Assembly (NCBI GenBank): GCA_963812015.1
Contig: CAWETI010000002.1
Coordinates: 1,312,001 to 1,376,000 of the forward strand
DNA length: 64,000 nt
DNA from: an uncultured delta proteobacterium
GTDB lineage: Bacteria > Desulfobacterota > Desulfobaccia > Desulfobaccales > 0-14-0-80-60-11
Direction of reading: 5' to 3'
Part shown: positions 18,276-28,882 of the stretch, piece by piece
How the letters are laid out: every line of letters begins with the position of its first letter
Numbering within the stretch: the first letter of the stretch is position 1
Made by a program: the position numbers and the translations under genes
The notes under the pieces: generated by a model
The model's database searches: none
What the model was told of the DNA's origin: nothing
The model's input: only the letters and a program-made list of their open reading frames with translations

Positions 18276-19618
18276 GACGGAGTCCCTCCCTTCAACTCCA
18301 TAAGGAGCCGTTCCTGACGGGCGGCAAATTCTTCCCGGCGCCGGGGGCTGGCCCCCAGCAGGCGCGCCTGCCATTTTTCTTGGGGAGTTTTTTCCAGCAC
18401 CAGGGCCCACCGCTCCGTCGGCCGAAAGAAGGCTAGGTAAAGTCCGGGCAGGAATAACAGGAAGCCGGTATACACCCACCCCACCCCGGGATCACGCTTC
18501 ACCTGGAAGACGGAATAATACGCCAAAGGGATGGACTCCACGGTGAACTGGTAGGGGCCGGGTTGGCCGCCCAACTCAGGATGGTCTTGCAAAACCCAAA
18601 AAGCTTCGGGATGCCCCGAGCCGGGACTGAAGGCCAGGAGCACCGCCGGTCCATACCCCTGAAAGTTACCGTCCACCCGCATGGCGATGACCTGGCCCTG
18701 GCCCCCGGGCAACTCCACCGGCTGGCGCAAGGGCGTCTCGATGGCCTGGTTGAGATCCCCCAGCTGTACTTTGAGGCGGATGGGTCCGGTGGCTTGGCTG
18801 CCGTAAGAGGACTGATAGAAGGTCAGGCCGCCGAAGCTCACGGGTTCATTGACCCGGCAGGTGGCCCGGGACACCTCCCGGCCGTCTTTCAGAAACATCA
18901 GGTCCGAGCGAAATTCCTTGGGGATGCCCCCTGGTTCGTAATAGGCGACCTGGAATTTATCCAGGCGCACCTGGAAATTAAGGGGCATCTCTGACCGGGA
19001 CCCCACTTGAAAGGCGCCGGCCACCTCTCCCTGGTCCAGGGCCAACTGGCCGTCCACCCCCCAGAATTTGCCGATGAGGCCGCCGGCCAGGATCAACAGG
19101 AGGGCCACATGAATCAAGTAAGGGCCCAACGGGCGGAAGCGGCCCCGTTCCAGGAGATAGATCTCCTGGTCCGGGAGCGTCTCCCGGCGGAAATGACCCA
19201 ATTCCCGGCCCAGAGTGGCGGTTATGAGGAGATGGGGATCGACCCCCGCCGGCCAGGTGATCCGGCCCCGTTCCGGCAGGGTGAGGGCGGCCTCCCGGGT
19301 GAGCGGCTGCCAGACGCGTTTCACGGCCTGGGGCAGACCGTGGACCACGCAGGCCAGGATATTTATCGCCAAAAGCACGATGGGCGATAGAAACCAGGGG
19401 CTGAAGTAGACGTTGGCAAAACCGCCCCGCCAGAGCAGGGCCCCCCAGATTTCGCCGAACAGGCGGGGGTACTGGCTCGGGGGTTGGTTCTGGGGCACGA
19501 CGGTGCCGATGACCGCCACGGCGGCCAGGATCAGCAGGAGAAATACCGTCAGGCGGATGGAGGTCAAAGTCCCCCATAGCCATGACTTGGGTTTGGAATG
19601 AATCCGGGTGGCAGGCAT
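18272..19618 (-). CDS. resB: Cytochrome c biogenesis protein ResB/CcsB
   Basis: IGTVVPQ, YFSPWF, YLIHVALL, VNEPVSFGG..FYQSSY, RDPG; ATGA overlap with ccsA. Confidence 0.92.
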   Translation of the reverse strand: MPATRIHSKPKSWLWGTLTSIRLTVFLLLILAAVAVIGTVVPQNQPPSQYPRLFGEIWGALLWRGGFANVYFSPWFLSPIVLLAINILACVVHGLPQAVKRVWQPLTREAALTLPERGRITWPAGVDPHLLITATLGRELGHFRRETLPDQEIYLLERGRFRPLGPYLIHVALLLILAGGLIGKFWGVDGQLALDQGEVAGAFQVGSRSEMPLNFQVRLDKFQVAYYEPGGIPKEFRSDLMFLKDGREVSRATCRVNEPVSFGGLTFYQSSYGSQATGPIRLKVQLGDLNQAIETPLRQPVELPGGQGQVIAMRVDGNFQGYGPAVLLAFSPGSGHPEAFWVLQDHPELGGQPGPYQFTVESIPLAYYSVFQVKRDPGVGWVYTGFLLFLPGLYLAFFRPTERWALVLEKTPQEKWQARLLGASPRRREEFAARQERLLMELKGGTPS

Positions 19619-19723
19619 GCGGTTGTCGGCGATTACGGTCCCCCGGCCATACGTCATGGGGCCAGGCAGCAGCCGCAATCCTTGGAGATGGGAGGACGAT
19701 CCTGGGATGACCGATGGGTCGGC

Positions 19724-20128
19724 TCAGTCTTCTTCCAGGTCTTCTTCTTCGCTCAAATGATCTTCATATTCCTCTTGGGTGAACAAATCGTCAAACTCCT
19801 GACCGGAAGCCAACTCCACTCTGACCAACCATCCTTCCGTCAGGGGATCTTCATTGATGATTTCCGGCACCTCCGCGGCCTCGTAGTTGACCTCAACGAC
19901 CTCTCCGGAGATCGGGGCCTTCAACTCCCGCCGTCCGTTCTTGGCCTCAATTATGCTGAAGGGTTCATCCTTGATGAACTCCTCTCCTTCCTCGGGCAGT
20001 CGGAGACTATAGATCTCTCCCAATTTTTCCTGGAGGAAATCCGTCAGGCCGATGGTGACCTGAGTGTCATCATCCATCCGGACCCAGACATGGTCCTGAC
20101 TAAAGCGCATCTCACCGATGGTACTCAC
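19724..20128 (-). CDS. Glycine cleavage H-protein-like (GcvH fold), non-canonical lipoyl site
   Basis: RFSQDHVWV, IGLTDF.Q..LG, APISGEVVEVN, INEDP..EGWL; GAGGAG RBS before GTG at 20128. Confidence 0.85.
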   Translation of the reverse strand: MSTIGEMRFSQDHVWVRMDDDTQVTIGLTDFLQEKLGEIYSLRLPEEGEEFIKDEPFSIIEAKNGRRELKAPISGEVVEVNYEAAEVPEIINEDPLTEGWLVRVELASGQEFDDLFTQEEYEDHLSEEEDLEED

Positions 20129-20376
20129 CCCACTCCTCGAGATAGTCCGTTGCCCCAAAAGGCTAGACGCTGGGGAAATATAATAACCCCACACAGGTTT
20201 GGCAAGGGTTTTTTGCAAGGTATATGTATCTCATTCGGTTATGGCGACTTTTTTGCTTTGGCTCCGCCTCTTTGCGCCGCCCTGGGCTTTTTAGCTTGAC
20301 AAGCAGGGGGGGCAGTGATTAGTTTACTCCTAATTTCACAATCCCCAAGCAGAACCGCCGAAGGGAGGCTGGCTAG

Positions 20377-20817
20377 ATGAAACAGATTAAGAAAATTCTT
20401 TTCCCCATTGATTTTACCTCGCACTTTGAATCTTTGCTGCCCTGGGTCTCCACCTTTGCGAAGAAGTTTGACGCCACTGTTTATGTCCTATTTGTGGCGC
20501 AGGATTTGTCGAATTTCTCCACCTTTTACGTGCCCCACGGCAATATCCAGGAGTTCCAGCAACAGGCGGTGGAATCGGCCACCAAAAGAATGGCGGCCGC
20601 GGTGCAGGAATTTTTCAAAGATTTCCCCAAGCTGGAAACCCGGGTGGAGTCAGGCGCGGCTGCGGCCAAGATTCTGGATCTGGCCAAAAAAGAACATATC
20701 GATTTAATCATCATGGGCGCCCATGGCCGGAAGGGCCTGGATCGGGCGATTTTCGGCAGCGTGGCCGACAAGGTGGTGCAAAGCGCCCCCTGCCCGGTGA
20801 TGACCGTCCGTCCGTAA
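20377..20817 (+). CDS. Universal stress protein (UspA family)
   Basis: KILFPIDF, DLIIMGAHGRKG..FGSVADKVV..APCPV; GGAGG RBS; TTGACA at 20296. Confidence 0.93.
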   Translation: MKQIKKILFPIDFTSHFESLLPWVSTFAKKFDATVYVLFVAQDLSNFSTFYVPHGNIQEFQQQAVESATKRMAAAVQEFFKDFPKLETRVESGAAAAKILDLAKKEHIDLIIMGAHGRKGLDRAIFGSVADKVVQSAPCPVMTVRP

Positions 20818-20848
20818 GGTCCATCTCACCCTCAGGTAATGGGGTTCA

Positions 20849-20877
20849 GCCCCTCCGGCTCCGGCCGGAGGGGTTTC
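20849..20877. terminator. Hairpin terminator between convergent USP genes
   Basis: CCCCTCCGGC-tccg-GCCGGAGGGG-TTT. Confidence 0.55.
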
Positions 20878-20993
20878 TGCGTTAGGCGTTGCCAGGCCCC
20901 GGGCGGACAGCGCCGGACTCAACCCCATCCACCCCAACAGCAAGAAGATCAGGATACTGCGGCGGCCTGGTGGCATGGAGACGCCCCTTCCGG

Positions 20994-21889
20994 TTACTCC
21001 CGGCTGTCCCGGTCCGCCGGGGGAATCAGCAGGATGGGGCAGGGGATGAACCGGGAAATGTTGTGGGCCACGCTACCCACCGAGATTTCCGCAATGAAGC
21101 CCTTGCCTTGGGTCCCTAACAGAATCATGGAAATATCCGTGGTTTTGAGGACTTCCAGGATGACCGCGACGGGATGGCCCACCGCCACCCGGGTCAGAAC
21201 CTCGGGGACGCCGGCGGCCTCGAGCCGGCCATGGAGAAGGTCCAAAAAATTCCGGGCCATCGCGGTGGCTTCGGCGGCCGCCTGGGGGTCCGAAGACATC
21301 CCCGGAGCCATCTGGAGGGCATGGAGCAGGGTAACCCGGGTCACGCCCCGGGGCGCCAACAGCTCCAGGTAGCACATGGCTTCGGCCGCAGTCTGGGAAA
21401 AATCCGTGGGAAACAGCAGGTGATCCAGGAGTTCGGTGCAGTGCCAGAGGCAGTGGGGCTCCTGGCCGCTATCCACCCGCACCGGCAAGACCAGGAGGGG
21501 AAACTGGATATTGTGCAGGACCGCGCCGGAAAAGGTCCCCAGCACTCCTTCCCGCCAGCGGGATTTGCCGTGGGAGCCGATGATGGTCAGGGGGGCATCG
21601 TATTTCTGGGCCACTTCATTCAGGGAGAACCCCGGCAGGCCGATGGGGGTCTCGATGATCACCTCGAGGCCCTGGTCGGTGAGCACCTGCCGCTGGGCGG
21701 CCAGGCGGGAGGCGGCCGGGGGGGTATATGCTCGCCGGTGCCGCCAAAGAGATCCGGGGTGATCACGTAGGTCAAGATCACCCGCCGACACCCCAACTCC
21801 AGAAGTTCGCCCCCGCAAGAGACGATCTGGTCCCAGGCGAAAGACAGATCAGTGGCCATGACCACCCGGTCAAAGATGGGCCGAATCAT
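20994..21889 (-). pseudogene. Tandem-domain universal stress protein, frameshifted
   Basis: N-terminus (FDRVVMATDLS) in one frame; remainder (GSHGKS..., LLFPTDFS..., GTQGKG..GSV) in another; junction near G7 at 21718-21724. Confidence 0.8.
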
Positions 21890-22158
21890 CCTGCAACCTT
21901 CCTCCCCCGGTAAAGCTCCCCCTATCCCAACCGACAACCCCTTCCTGCATCATTAAGTATAACAGGATAGGCGAAAAATCAATGGCGGGGGGCGGGGTCA
22001 CGCTATCTACCGGTGGCCGCGGCACCCCGATTCGCCCAGAATATTTCCTGCAGTGCAATTTTCCGTTTATAATTATTCGCTGACGGGTGTATATCAGAAC
22101 ACTAATGAAGGGGTTTGAAGCCTGATCTCAGCTTAACCCGCAAAGTCGGGAGGATTGC

Positions 22159-22608
22159 ATGGACCAAGCCGGGTTTCGGGACTGGCTCTGCCGCCGACTG
22201 GTGATGGAGAGCCGGGACGCCATCATCTTTGCGGATCGGGACGGGGTCATTCGCCTCTGGAACGCCGGGGCCGAGGTGATGTTCGGCTATCGGGCCGCCG
22301 AGATGGAAGGGCTGACCCTCGACCGGATCATCCCTGAGACGTTGCGGGCCCGGCATAACGAGGGCTACCGCCGGGTGATGGCTGAAGGCCAGAGCCGGTA
22401 TGCCGCCGAACTCCTGGCGGTGCCGGGCCTCAGAAAGGACGGAGGCCGCATTTCCCTGGAGTTCACCATCACCCTGGTCAAAGACGGCGGGGGGGAGATC
22501 CTGGGGGCCGCGGCCATCATGCGGGACGTCACGGCCCGCTGGCAGCGGGACCAGGAGCTCAAAAAGCGCCTGGCGGCTCTGACGGCCGGGGACCAGGCCC
22601 GGGAGTAA
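22159..22608 (+). CDS. Stand-alone PAS/PAC domain protein
   Basis: DAIIFADRDG.IRLWNAGAE.MFGY, RKDG, GAAAIMRDVT; GGAGG RBS. Confidence 0.9.
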   Translation: MDQAGFRDWLCRRLVMESRDAIIFADRDGVIRLWNAGAEVMFGYRAAEMEGLTLDRIIPETLRARHNEGYRRVMAEGQSRYAAELLAVPGLRKDGGRISLEFTITLVKDGGGEILGAAAIMRDVTARWQRDQELKKRLAALTAGDQARE

Positions 22609-22656
22609 CCGCGCAACGCTAACTGTTTGGCTTTTTTGTCAGGTGAGGAAATTTCT

Positions 22657-23343
22657 ATGGCCAAAGAACACATCCTGGTGGTGGAGGATGAGGAAGACAT
22701 CCTGGAGCTCCTGCGGTACAACCTGCATAAGGAAGGCTACCGGGTGACCGGGGCGCTCTCCGGGGAGGAGGGCCTGCGCACCGCCCGGTCCCAGCCCCCT
22801 GACCTCATCGTCCTGGACCTGATGCTTCCGGGAAAGGATGGGCTCACGGTGTGCCGCGAGCTCAAACAGGACGCCAAGACCCGGGATCTTCCCATCATCA
22901 TCCTCACCGCCAAAGGGGAGGAGGCGGACATCGTGGCGGGCCTGGAATTGGGGGCCGACGACTACGTCACCAAGCCTTTTAGCCCCCGGGTGCTTTTGGC
23001 CCGGCTCCGGGCCGTGCTGCGCCGCCGCCAGGCGGAACCGGCGGCGGAGAGCGACTCCCTGGAACTCCAGGGGATGACCATCCATCCCGGCCGCCACGAG
23101 GTCCTGGTCCAGGGCCGGTCCGTGGACCTGACCGCCACCGAGTTCCGTCTGCTCGCCTTTCTGGCCCGGCGCCCCGGCTGGGTCTTCACCCGGGCCCAGA
23201 TTGTCCAGGGAATCCAGGGGGAGGACTATGCCGTGTCCGATCGCGCCGTGGACGTCCAGATCGTGGGGCTGCGGAAAAAACTGGGCTCGGCCGGCCAATC
23301 CATCGAAACCGTGCGGGGCGTGGGCTACCGCTTCAAGGAGTGA
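22657..23343 (+). CDS. phoB: OmpR-family response regulator (PhoB/PhoP)
   Basis: Receiver plus winged helix (LTATEF, IETVRGVGY); adjacent to phoR and pst. Confidence 0.88.
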   Translation: MAKEHILVVEDEEDILELLRYNLHKEGYRVTGALSGEEGLRTARSQPPDLIVLDLMLPGKDGLTVCRELKQDAKTRDLPIIILTAKGEEADIVAGLELGADDYVTKPFSPRVLLARLRAVLRRRQAEPAAESDSLELQGMTIHPGRHEVLVQGRSVDLTATEFRLLAFLARRPGWVFTRAQIVQGIQGEDYAVSDRAVDVQIVGLRKKLGSAGQSIETVRGVGYRFKE

Positions 23344-23345
23344 CC

Positions 23346-25139
23346 ATGCGGCGCCGTCGCCTGGTGGCCCAGCTCTTTCCCTCCTATCTGGTCATCGTCC
23401 TCCTGGCCTTGCTGGCCGTGACCTGGTATGTGTCCCAGGCCTGGCGCCATGCCTTTTTGGAGCAGACCGCGGCGGACTTAAAAGTCCGGGCCGATTTGGT
23501 GACGCCCCAGTTCCAGGGGCTGCTCGACCACCTTGATGCCGGGGCCGTGGACCACCTCTGCAAGGAGTTGGGCAGGCTCAGCGCCACCCGCCTGACCGTG
23601 ATCCTGCCCACCGGACGGGTCGTGGGGGATTCCTCCAAGAACCCGGCCGGGATGGACAATCACGCCGACCGGCCCGAAATCCAGCCGGCCTTCCAGGGCA
23701 AAATCGGACTCTCCACCCGGCTGAGCTATACGGAAGAGACCCCCATGATGTATGTGGCGGCGCCGATCATGGACCGGGGCCGGGTGATCGGCGTGGTGCG
23801 CGCCTCTCTGGCCGTGGCTTTTATCGACCGGGTCCTTTACGGCATGTATTTCAAGATCGCCCTGGGGGGCATGGGGGCCGCCCTCCTGGCCGCTTTGTTG
23901 AGCCTGGTGATGGCCCGCCGCCTGTCCAGCCCCCTGGAAGAAATGAAGCAGGGCGCCCAGCGCTTCGCCCAGGGGGATTTGCGGGTCAAGGTGCCTGTCC
24001 CCCCCTCCGATGAGTTGGCCAGCCTGGCCGAGGCCTTGAACTATATGGCGGAACAGCTGGACCAGCGCATCCGCACCATCACCCGGCAGCGCCAGGAACA
24101 GGAAGCGGTGCTGGCCAGCATGGTGGAGGGGGTGATGGCCGTGGACCACCGGGAGCGCCTTATAACCTTGAACCAAGCCGGCGCCCGGCTGCTGGGGGTG
24201 GACCCCGAGACCGCCAGAGAGCGCCCCCTCCCGGAAGTGGTGCGCAACCCGGATCTCCAGAATTTTGTGGCCCGGGCCCTGGCCAGCCCCCGGCAGGTGG
24301 ATGGGGAGATCATCCTCCGGGAGAGCGGCCAGGACCGCCTCCTCCAGGTCCAGGGCACCACCCTCCGGGACCCCCAGGGGAAGGCCTTCGGGGCCCTGAT
24401 CGTCCTCAACGACGTGACCCGCCTGCGGCGCCTGGAGCAAGCCCGGCGGGATTTTGTGGCCAACGTCTCCCATGAGCTCAAAACCCCCATCACCTCCATC
24501 AAGGGGTTTGTGGAGACCCTGCTGGACGGCGCCATGCAGGAACCGAAAAACGCCTTGAACTTTTTGCAGATCATCGCCAGGCATGCCGACCGCCTCAACG
24601 AGATTATCGATGACCTGCTGAGCCTGTCCCGCATCGAGCAGGATTCGGAGCAGGGCAAGATCGCCCTGTCCCCCGGCCGCCTCAAGGAGGTCTTGCACAA
24701 TGCCATCCAGGTGTGCCGGGAACGGGCCGCGGCCAAAGACATCCGGATTGACCTTAGCTGCCCCGATGAGCTGGCCGCCGAGATCAACGCCCCGCTTCTG
24801 GAGCAGGCCGTGGTGAATCTCATCGACAACGCGGTCAAATACAGCCCGGCGGCGCGACCGGTGCAGGTGGAGGCCCGCGGGGAAACCGGAGAAGTGTTGA
24901 TCCTGGTGCGGGACCAGGGCCCCGGCATCGCCCCGGAACACCTCCCCCGCCTCTTCGAACGCTTCTACCGGGTGGACTCCGGCCGCAGCCGCAAGGTGGG
25001 GGGCACCGGGTTGGGGCTGGCCATCGTCAAACACATCGCCCAGTCCCACGGGGGGTATGTGACCCTCCAAAGCGCTCCCGGGAAAGGCAGCACCTTTTTG
25101 ATCCATCTGCCCCAAACCGAGCCCGCCGCCGGAGCTTAG
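23346..25139 (+). CDS. phoR: HAMP-PAS sensor histidine kinase PhoR
   Basis: DNHADRPEI, RDFVANVSHELKTP, NLIDNAVKY, FERFYRVD, GGTGLGLAIVKH. Confidence 0.9.
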   Translation: MRRRRLVAQLFPSYLVIVLLALLAVTWYVSQAWRHAFLEQTAADLKVRADLVTPQFQGLLDHLDAGAVDHLCKELGRLSATRLTVILPTGRVVGDSSKNPAGMDNHADRPEIQPAFQGKIGLSTRLSYTEETPMMYVAAPIMDRGRVIGVVRASLAVAFIDRVLYGMYFKIALGGMGAALLAALLSLVMARRLSSPLEEMKQGAQRFAQGDLRVKVPVPPSDELASLAEALNYMAEQLDQRIRTITRQRQEQEAVLASMVEGVMAVDHRERLITLNQAGARLLGVDPETARERPLPEVVRNPDLQNFVARALASPRQVDGEIILRESGQDRLLQVQGTTLRDPQGKAFGALIVLNDVTRLRRLEQARRDFVANVSHELKTPITSIKGFVETLLDGAMQEPKNALNFLQIIARHADRLNEIIDDLLSLSRIEQDSEQGKIALSPGRLKEVLHNAIQVCRERAAAKDIRIDLSCPDELAAEINAPLLEQAVVNLIDNAVKYSPAARPVQVEARGETGEVLILVRDQGPGIAPEHLPRLFERFYRVDSGRSRKVGGTGLGLAIVKHIAQSHGGYVTLQSAPGKGSTFLIHLPQTEPAAGA

Positions 25140-25290
25140 GGCTTTTTCCGCCAGCAACTCCCTGGCAAATCTCATCCCCAAACAGTTTTGGTGCTTAACT
25201 TCACACCTTGGGGCTGAGGAGGCAGAACTGTCCGTCCCGGCGCGCTCCTCAGCACGACCTCTGCTTCGCAAAGTTTATCTGGTTTTTTCC

Positions 25291-25422
25291 TACCATCCTT
25301 TTCTCATAGAGTAATATAAGCGTCTTCCTGTAGGGGCGCACCTGCGTGTGCGCCATCAATCAGGGCGGACACATGGGTCCGCCCCTACAGAACAATATTA
25401 CCTGTATGAGCGCAACTTGTTA
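25291..25422. mobile_element. MITE-like element enclosing a GTAG REP doublet
   Basis: Left tacca....ctcatagagtaatat; right end reverse-complements to taacaagttgcgctcatacaggtaatat; REP core at 25330-25388. Confidence 0.6.
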
Positions 25423-25886
25423 TCAAAGATCCAGGCGCGACTCTTCCAAAAAGTCCTCCCTTGCCGAAATCTAGTGATCGGCTGACGAATTCCTAATTTT
25501 CGCCGGCTATCTTAAAAAATAATCATCGGTGGGGGTCGGCCCCGATAATCCCGGCCCTGGACTCCCCTGGAGTTGGAGGATAGCAGACCTAGAGATTCCG
25601 GGTATCCTGCCTCACCCTGGGGAGAGGTGACCACCTGGGGCTGATGATACGCACGGCTGCGGCTCTCTGGGTTTCCGAAAGTTCAGAGGAAGCCGGACCC
25701 GGCGCCGAGAGAGGGAGTTGATGGCCCGGCGGAACTCAGTAACCAGCTCTTTAAGAAGGTATCGTCGGATCGTGGTGGCCGGGCGCTGGATATGGCTGAT
25801 GACCGTCACCTTTTTTAGGGCTCCGGCCGCGCCGTGCGAACCACGGGAATCCTACCCCATGATCTTTTCTTGAACCTTGCCTAATC

Positions 25887-25914
25887 CTTATGGAACGCTA
25901 ACAAACGCCTAACA
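25887..25914 (+). promoter_or_regulatory. Putative Pho box
   Basis: CTAACA direct repeats at 25898 and 25909 (11-bp period), about 40 nt upstream of pstS. Confidence 0.55.
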
Positions 25915-25953
25915 TCTTCAGGATAAATTTTAAATCTCTAAGGGAGAGCAATA

Positions 25954-27003
25954 ATGAAGAAAGCAGCACGGTTGGCAGTGGCATTGGTGGGCCTCATGGC
26001 CCTGGCTGGTTTGGCCCAGGCCGAAGACGTAACCATTAACGGGGCCGGAGCGTCTTTCCCCTACCCCATTTATTCCCAGTGGGCCCACAAGTATAACTCC
26101 CTCACCGGCGTCAAGATCAATTACCAGTCCATCGGCTCCGGGGGCGGCATCGCCCAGATCAAGGCCAAGACGGTGGATTTTGGGGCCTCCGACGAACCCT
26201 TGAAAGCCGAAGCCTTGAACGAGTCCGGGTTGGTCCAGTTCCCCATGGTCATCGGCGGGGTGGTGCTGGTGGTCAATATCCCCGGCATCGGCCCGGGTCA
26301 GCTCAAGCTCACGGGTGAGGTGCTGGGGGATATCTTCCTGGGCAAAATCGCCAAGTGGGACGATCCGGCCATCAAGAGCCTCAATCCCGACCTGAAGCTC
26401 TCCTCCCAGGCCATCACCGTGGCCCACCGCACCGACGGTTCCGGCACCACCTTTATCTTTACCAGCTACCTGGCCATGGTTTCTCCGGCCTGGAAAGAGA
26501 AAGTCGGGGCCGGGAAATCGGTGAACTGGCCGGCGGCCGGCAGTATCGGCGGCAAAGGCAACGAAGGCGTGGCCGGCCAGGTGAAGATGGTGAGTGGCGC
26601 CATCGGCTATGTGGAATATGCTTACGCCCTGCAAAATAAAATGGCCTTTACCCAACTCAAGAATCAAGCCGGCAAGTTCTTAAGTCCCAGCATTGAAGCC
26701 TTTCAAGCCGCGGCGGCCAATGCCGATTGGAAAAACGCCCCCGGTTACTACCTGATGCTCGACAACCAGCCGGGCGACCAGAGCTGGCCCATCGCCGGCG
26801 CCACCTATATCCTGCTGCACAAGGACCAGGCCAATGCCGCCAAGATCGCAGCCATGCTGAAGTACTTTACGTGGTGCTACCAGCACGGTGGCGAGATGGC
26901 CGCAAAACTCGATTACGTGCCTTTGCCCAAGAATGTCGTGGAGATGGTGGAAGCCACCTGGGCCAAAGACGTGAAAGCCGAAGGCAAACCCGTCACATAC
27001 TAA
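25954..27003 (+). CDS. pstS: Phosphate ABC transporter substrate-binding protein
   Basis: Signal peptide, GAGASFPYP, YQSIGSGGG, DFGASD, HRTDGSGTT, GKGNEGV. Confidence 0.97.
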   Translation: MKKAARLAVALVGLMALAGLAQAEDVTINGAGASFPYPIYSQWAHKYNSLTGVKINYQSIGSGGGIAQIKAKTVDFGASDEPLKAEALNESGLVQFPMVIGGVVLVVNIPGIGPGQLKLTGEVLGDIFLGKIAKWDDPAIKSLNPDLKLSSQAITVAHRTDGSGTTFIFTSYLAMVSPAWKEKVGAGKSVNWPAAGSIGGKGNEGVAGQVKMVSGAIGYVEYAYALQNKMAFTQLKNQAGKFLSPSIEAFQAAAANADWKNAPGYYLMLDNQPGDQSWPIAGATYILLHKDQANAAKIAAMLKYFTWCYQHGGEMAAKLDYVPLPKNVVEMVEATWAKDVKAEGKPVTY

Positions 27004-27090
27004 ACCGCCGGGGCCTCTCCATAACTGGGGGCGGGGGATCGTGACCCTGCCCCCTACACTTCCGATCCTCAAAGATACGGCTTTCGAACC

Positions 27091-28026
27091 ATGGCAAAAT
27101 CAACCCCGGCAACTTCCAAGGGCGATTACTACTTTAAATGGCTCACCGCCATCTGCGCCCTGATCACCCCGCTCCTGATGGCCGGGATCTTCCTGGAGTT
27201 AGTGGGCCATTCCCTCCCGTCCATCAAGAAATTCGGGTTTAGCTTCTTATTCTCGCAAAACTGGAACCCGGTTACCGAGCAGTTCGGGGCGGCCAGCAGT
27301 ATCTTCGGCACCATCATGTCCACCCTCATCGCCATGGTCATCGCGGTGCCCCTCTCCATCGCCATCGCCCTGTTCCTGGTGGAGCTGGCCCGGCCCGGGG
27401 TCAGCAAGGTGGTGGGCACCATGATCGAGCTCTTAGCGGCCATTCCCAGTATCATTTACGGCATGTGGGGCATGTTCGTGTTTGGGCCGTTTATGGCCAA
27501 GCACGTGCAGCCGCTCCTCCAAAGCACCCTGGGTTTCCTGCCGCTCTTTCAAGGACCGCCCATGGGGTTGGGCATGCTGACCGCGGGGATCATCCTGGCC
27601 TTCATGATTCTGCCCTTTATGTGCGCCATTACCCGGGACGTTTTTCAATTGGTGCCCAATGTGGTCAAGGAATCCGCCCACGGCATGGGGGCCACCACCT
27701 GGGAAGTCACCTATAAGGTGACCATCCCCTACGGCCTGGTGGGGATTATCGGGGCCCTGTTCCTCGGCCTGGGCCGAGCCCTGGGGGAGACCATGGCGGT
27801 CACCTTCGTCATCGGCAACGCCCACAATATCTCCGCCTCTCTGTTTGCCCCCGGCAACAGCATCGCCTCCACCCTGGCCAACGAGTTCAGCGAAGCCACG
27901 GATGTGCTCTATGTCAGCTCCTTGATCGAGTTGGGCCTGGTGCTGTTCATTTTGACCTACCTGGTCCAGGTCGGGGCCCAGTACATGTTGCGGAAGATGT
28001 ACAAATCCTGGAGTGTGGGCCTATGA
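27091..28026 (+). CDS. pstC: Phosphate ABC transporter permease
   Basis: ELLAAIPSIIYGMWG, LGLGRALGETMAVTFVIGN. Confidence 0.96.
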   Translation: MAKSTPATSKGDYYFKWLTAICALITPLLMAGIFLELVGHSLPSIKKFGFSFLFSQNWNPVTEQFGAASSIFGTIMSTLIAMVIAVPLSIAIALFLVELARPGVSKVVGTMIELLAAIPSIIYGMWGMFVFGPFMAKHVQPLLQSTLGFLPLFQGPPMGLGMLTAGIILAFMILPFMCAITRDVFQLVPNVVKESAHGMGATTWEVTYKVTIPYGLVGIIGALFLGLGRALGETMAVTFVIGNAHNISASLFAPGNSIASTLANEFSEATDVLYVSSLIELGLVLFILTYLVQVGAQYMLRKMYKSWSVGL

Positions 28027-28865
28027 AACCCCGCCCCCCCACCGGTCGCCGCACCGTGGACCTGATGGTGCGGGGGTGGTCCGTGATCTCGGCTTTGCTG
28101 GGCATCGCCGCCCTCATCTGGATCCTATCCGGAGTCATCGTCCGAGGGGTGGGCGCCCTGAACCTGTCCTTCTTTACCCAGTTGCCCACGCCCCCCGGCA
28201 TGGCCGGCGGCGGCATGGCCAACGCCATCCTGGGGACGCTGGCCATGACCATTGCGGCCACCCTCATGTCGGTGCCCATTGGCCTCTTGTCCGGCATCTA
28301 TCTGGCGGAGTTCGGCCAGGAGTCCCGGGTGGCCGACAACAGCCGCTTCTCCGCCAATGTCCTCATGGGCATGCCCTCTATTATTATCGGGGTGTTCGCC
28401 TACACCCTGGTGGTGCTCCCCCTGGGACACTTTTCGGGGTACGCCGGGGCCGTGGCCCTGGCCATCCTGATGATCCCGGTGGTCACCCGGACCACCGAAG
28501 ACATGCTGCGCCTGGTGCCCAACACCTTGCGGGAATCGGCCCTGGCCCTGGGCGCCCCCCGCTGGAAGGTCACCCTGACGGTGGTGTTTCGGGCGGCCAA
28601 GGGCGGTTTGATTACGGGGATTCTGCTGGCGGTGGCCCGGGTGAGCGGCGAGACCGCGCCCCTCTTGTTCACCGCCCTCAACAGCCCGTATTGGGTCAAA
28701 TCTTTGTCGGGCCCCGTTCCCAACCTCACCGTCACCATCTTCAACTATGCCATGTCCCCCTATGAGGACTGGCAGCAGATGGCCTGGGGAGCGTCCCTGG
28801 TCATCACGGTGGGGGTGTTGGCCTTTACCCTGGTGGCCCGTTTTTTCTTGAGGACCAGACGATAG
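28023..28865 (+). CDS. pstA: Phosphate ABC transporter permease
   Basis: [37 protein letters not shown]. Confidence 0.96.
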   Translation: MKPRPPTGRRTVDLMVRGWSVISALLGIAALIWILSGVIVRGVGALNLSFFTQLPTPPGMAGGGMANAILGTLAMTIAATLMSVPIGLLSGIYLAEFGQESRVADNSRFSANVLMGMPSIIIGVFAYTLVVLPLGHFSGYAGAVALAILMIPVVTRTTEDMLRLVPNTLRESALALGAPRWKVTLTVVFRAAKGGLITGILLAVARVSGETAPLLFTALNSPYWVKSLSGPVPNLTVTIFNYAMSPYEDWQQMAWGASLVITVGVLAFTLVARFFLRTRR

Positions 28866-28882
28866 TTAAGTATTCGGAGGCA

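Noticed and set aside
23478..25271. 597-aa minus-strand ORF (similarly 1455-2807, 31196-32578, 51294-52382, 57071-58921)
   Set aside because: Antisense shadows of well-supported genes in high-GC DNA; no recognisable motifs
25612..25809. 65-aa minus-strand ORF between phoR and pstS
   Set aside because: No convincing RBS, codon bias or motif; left unannotated
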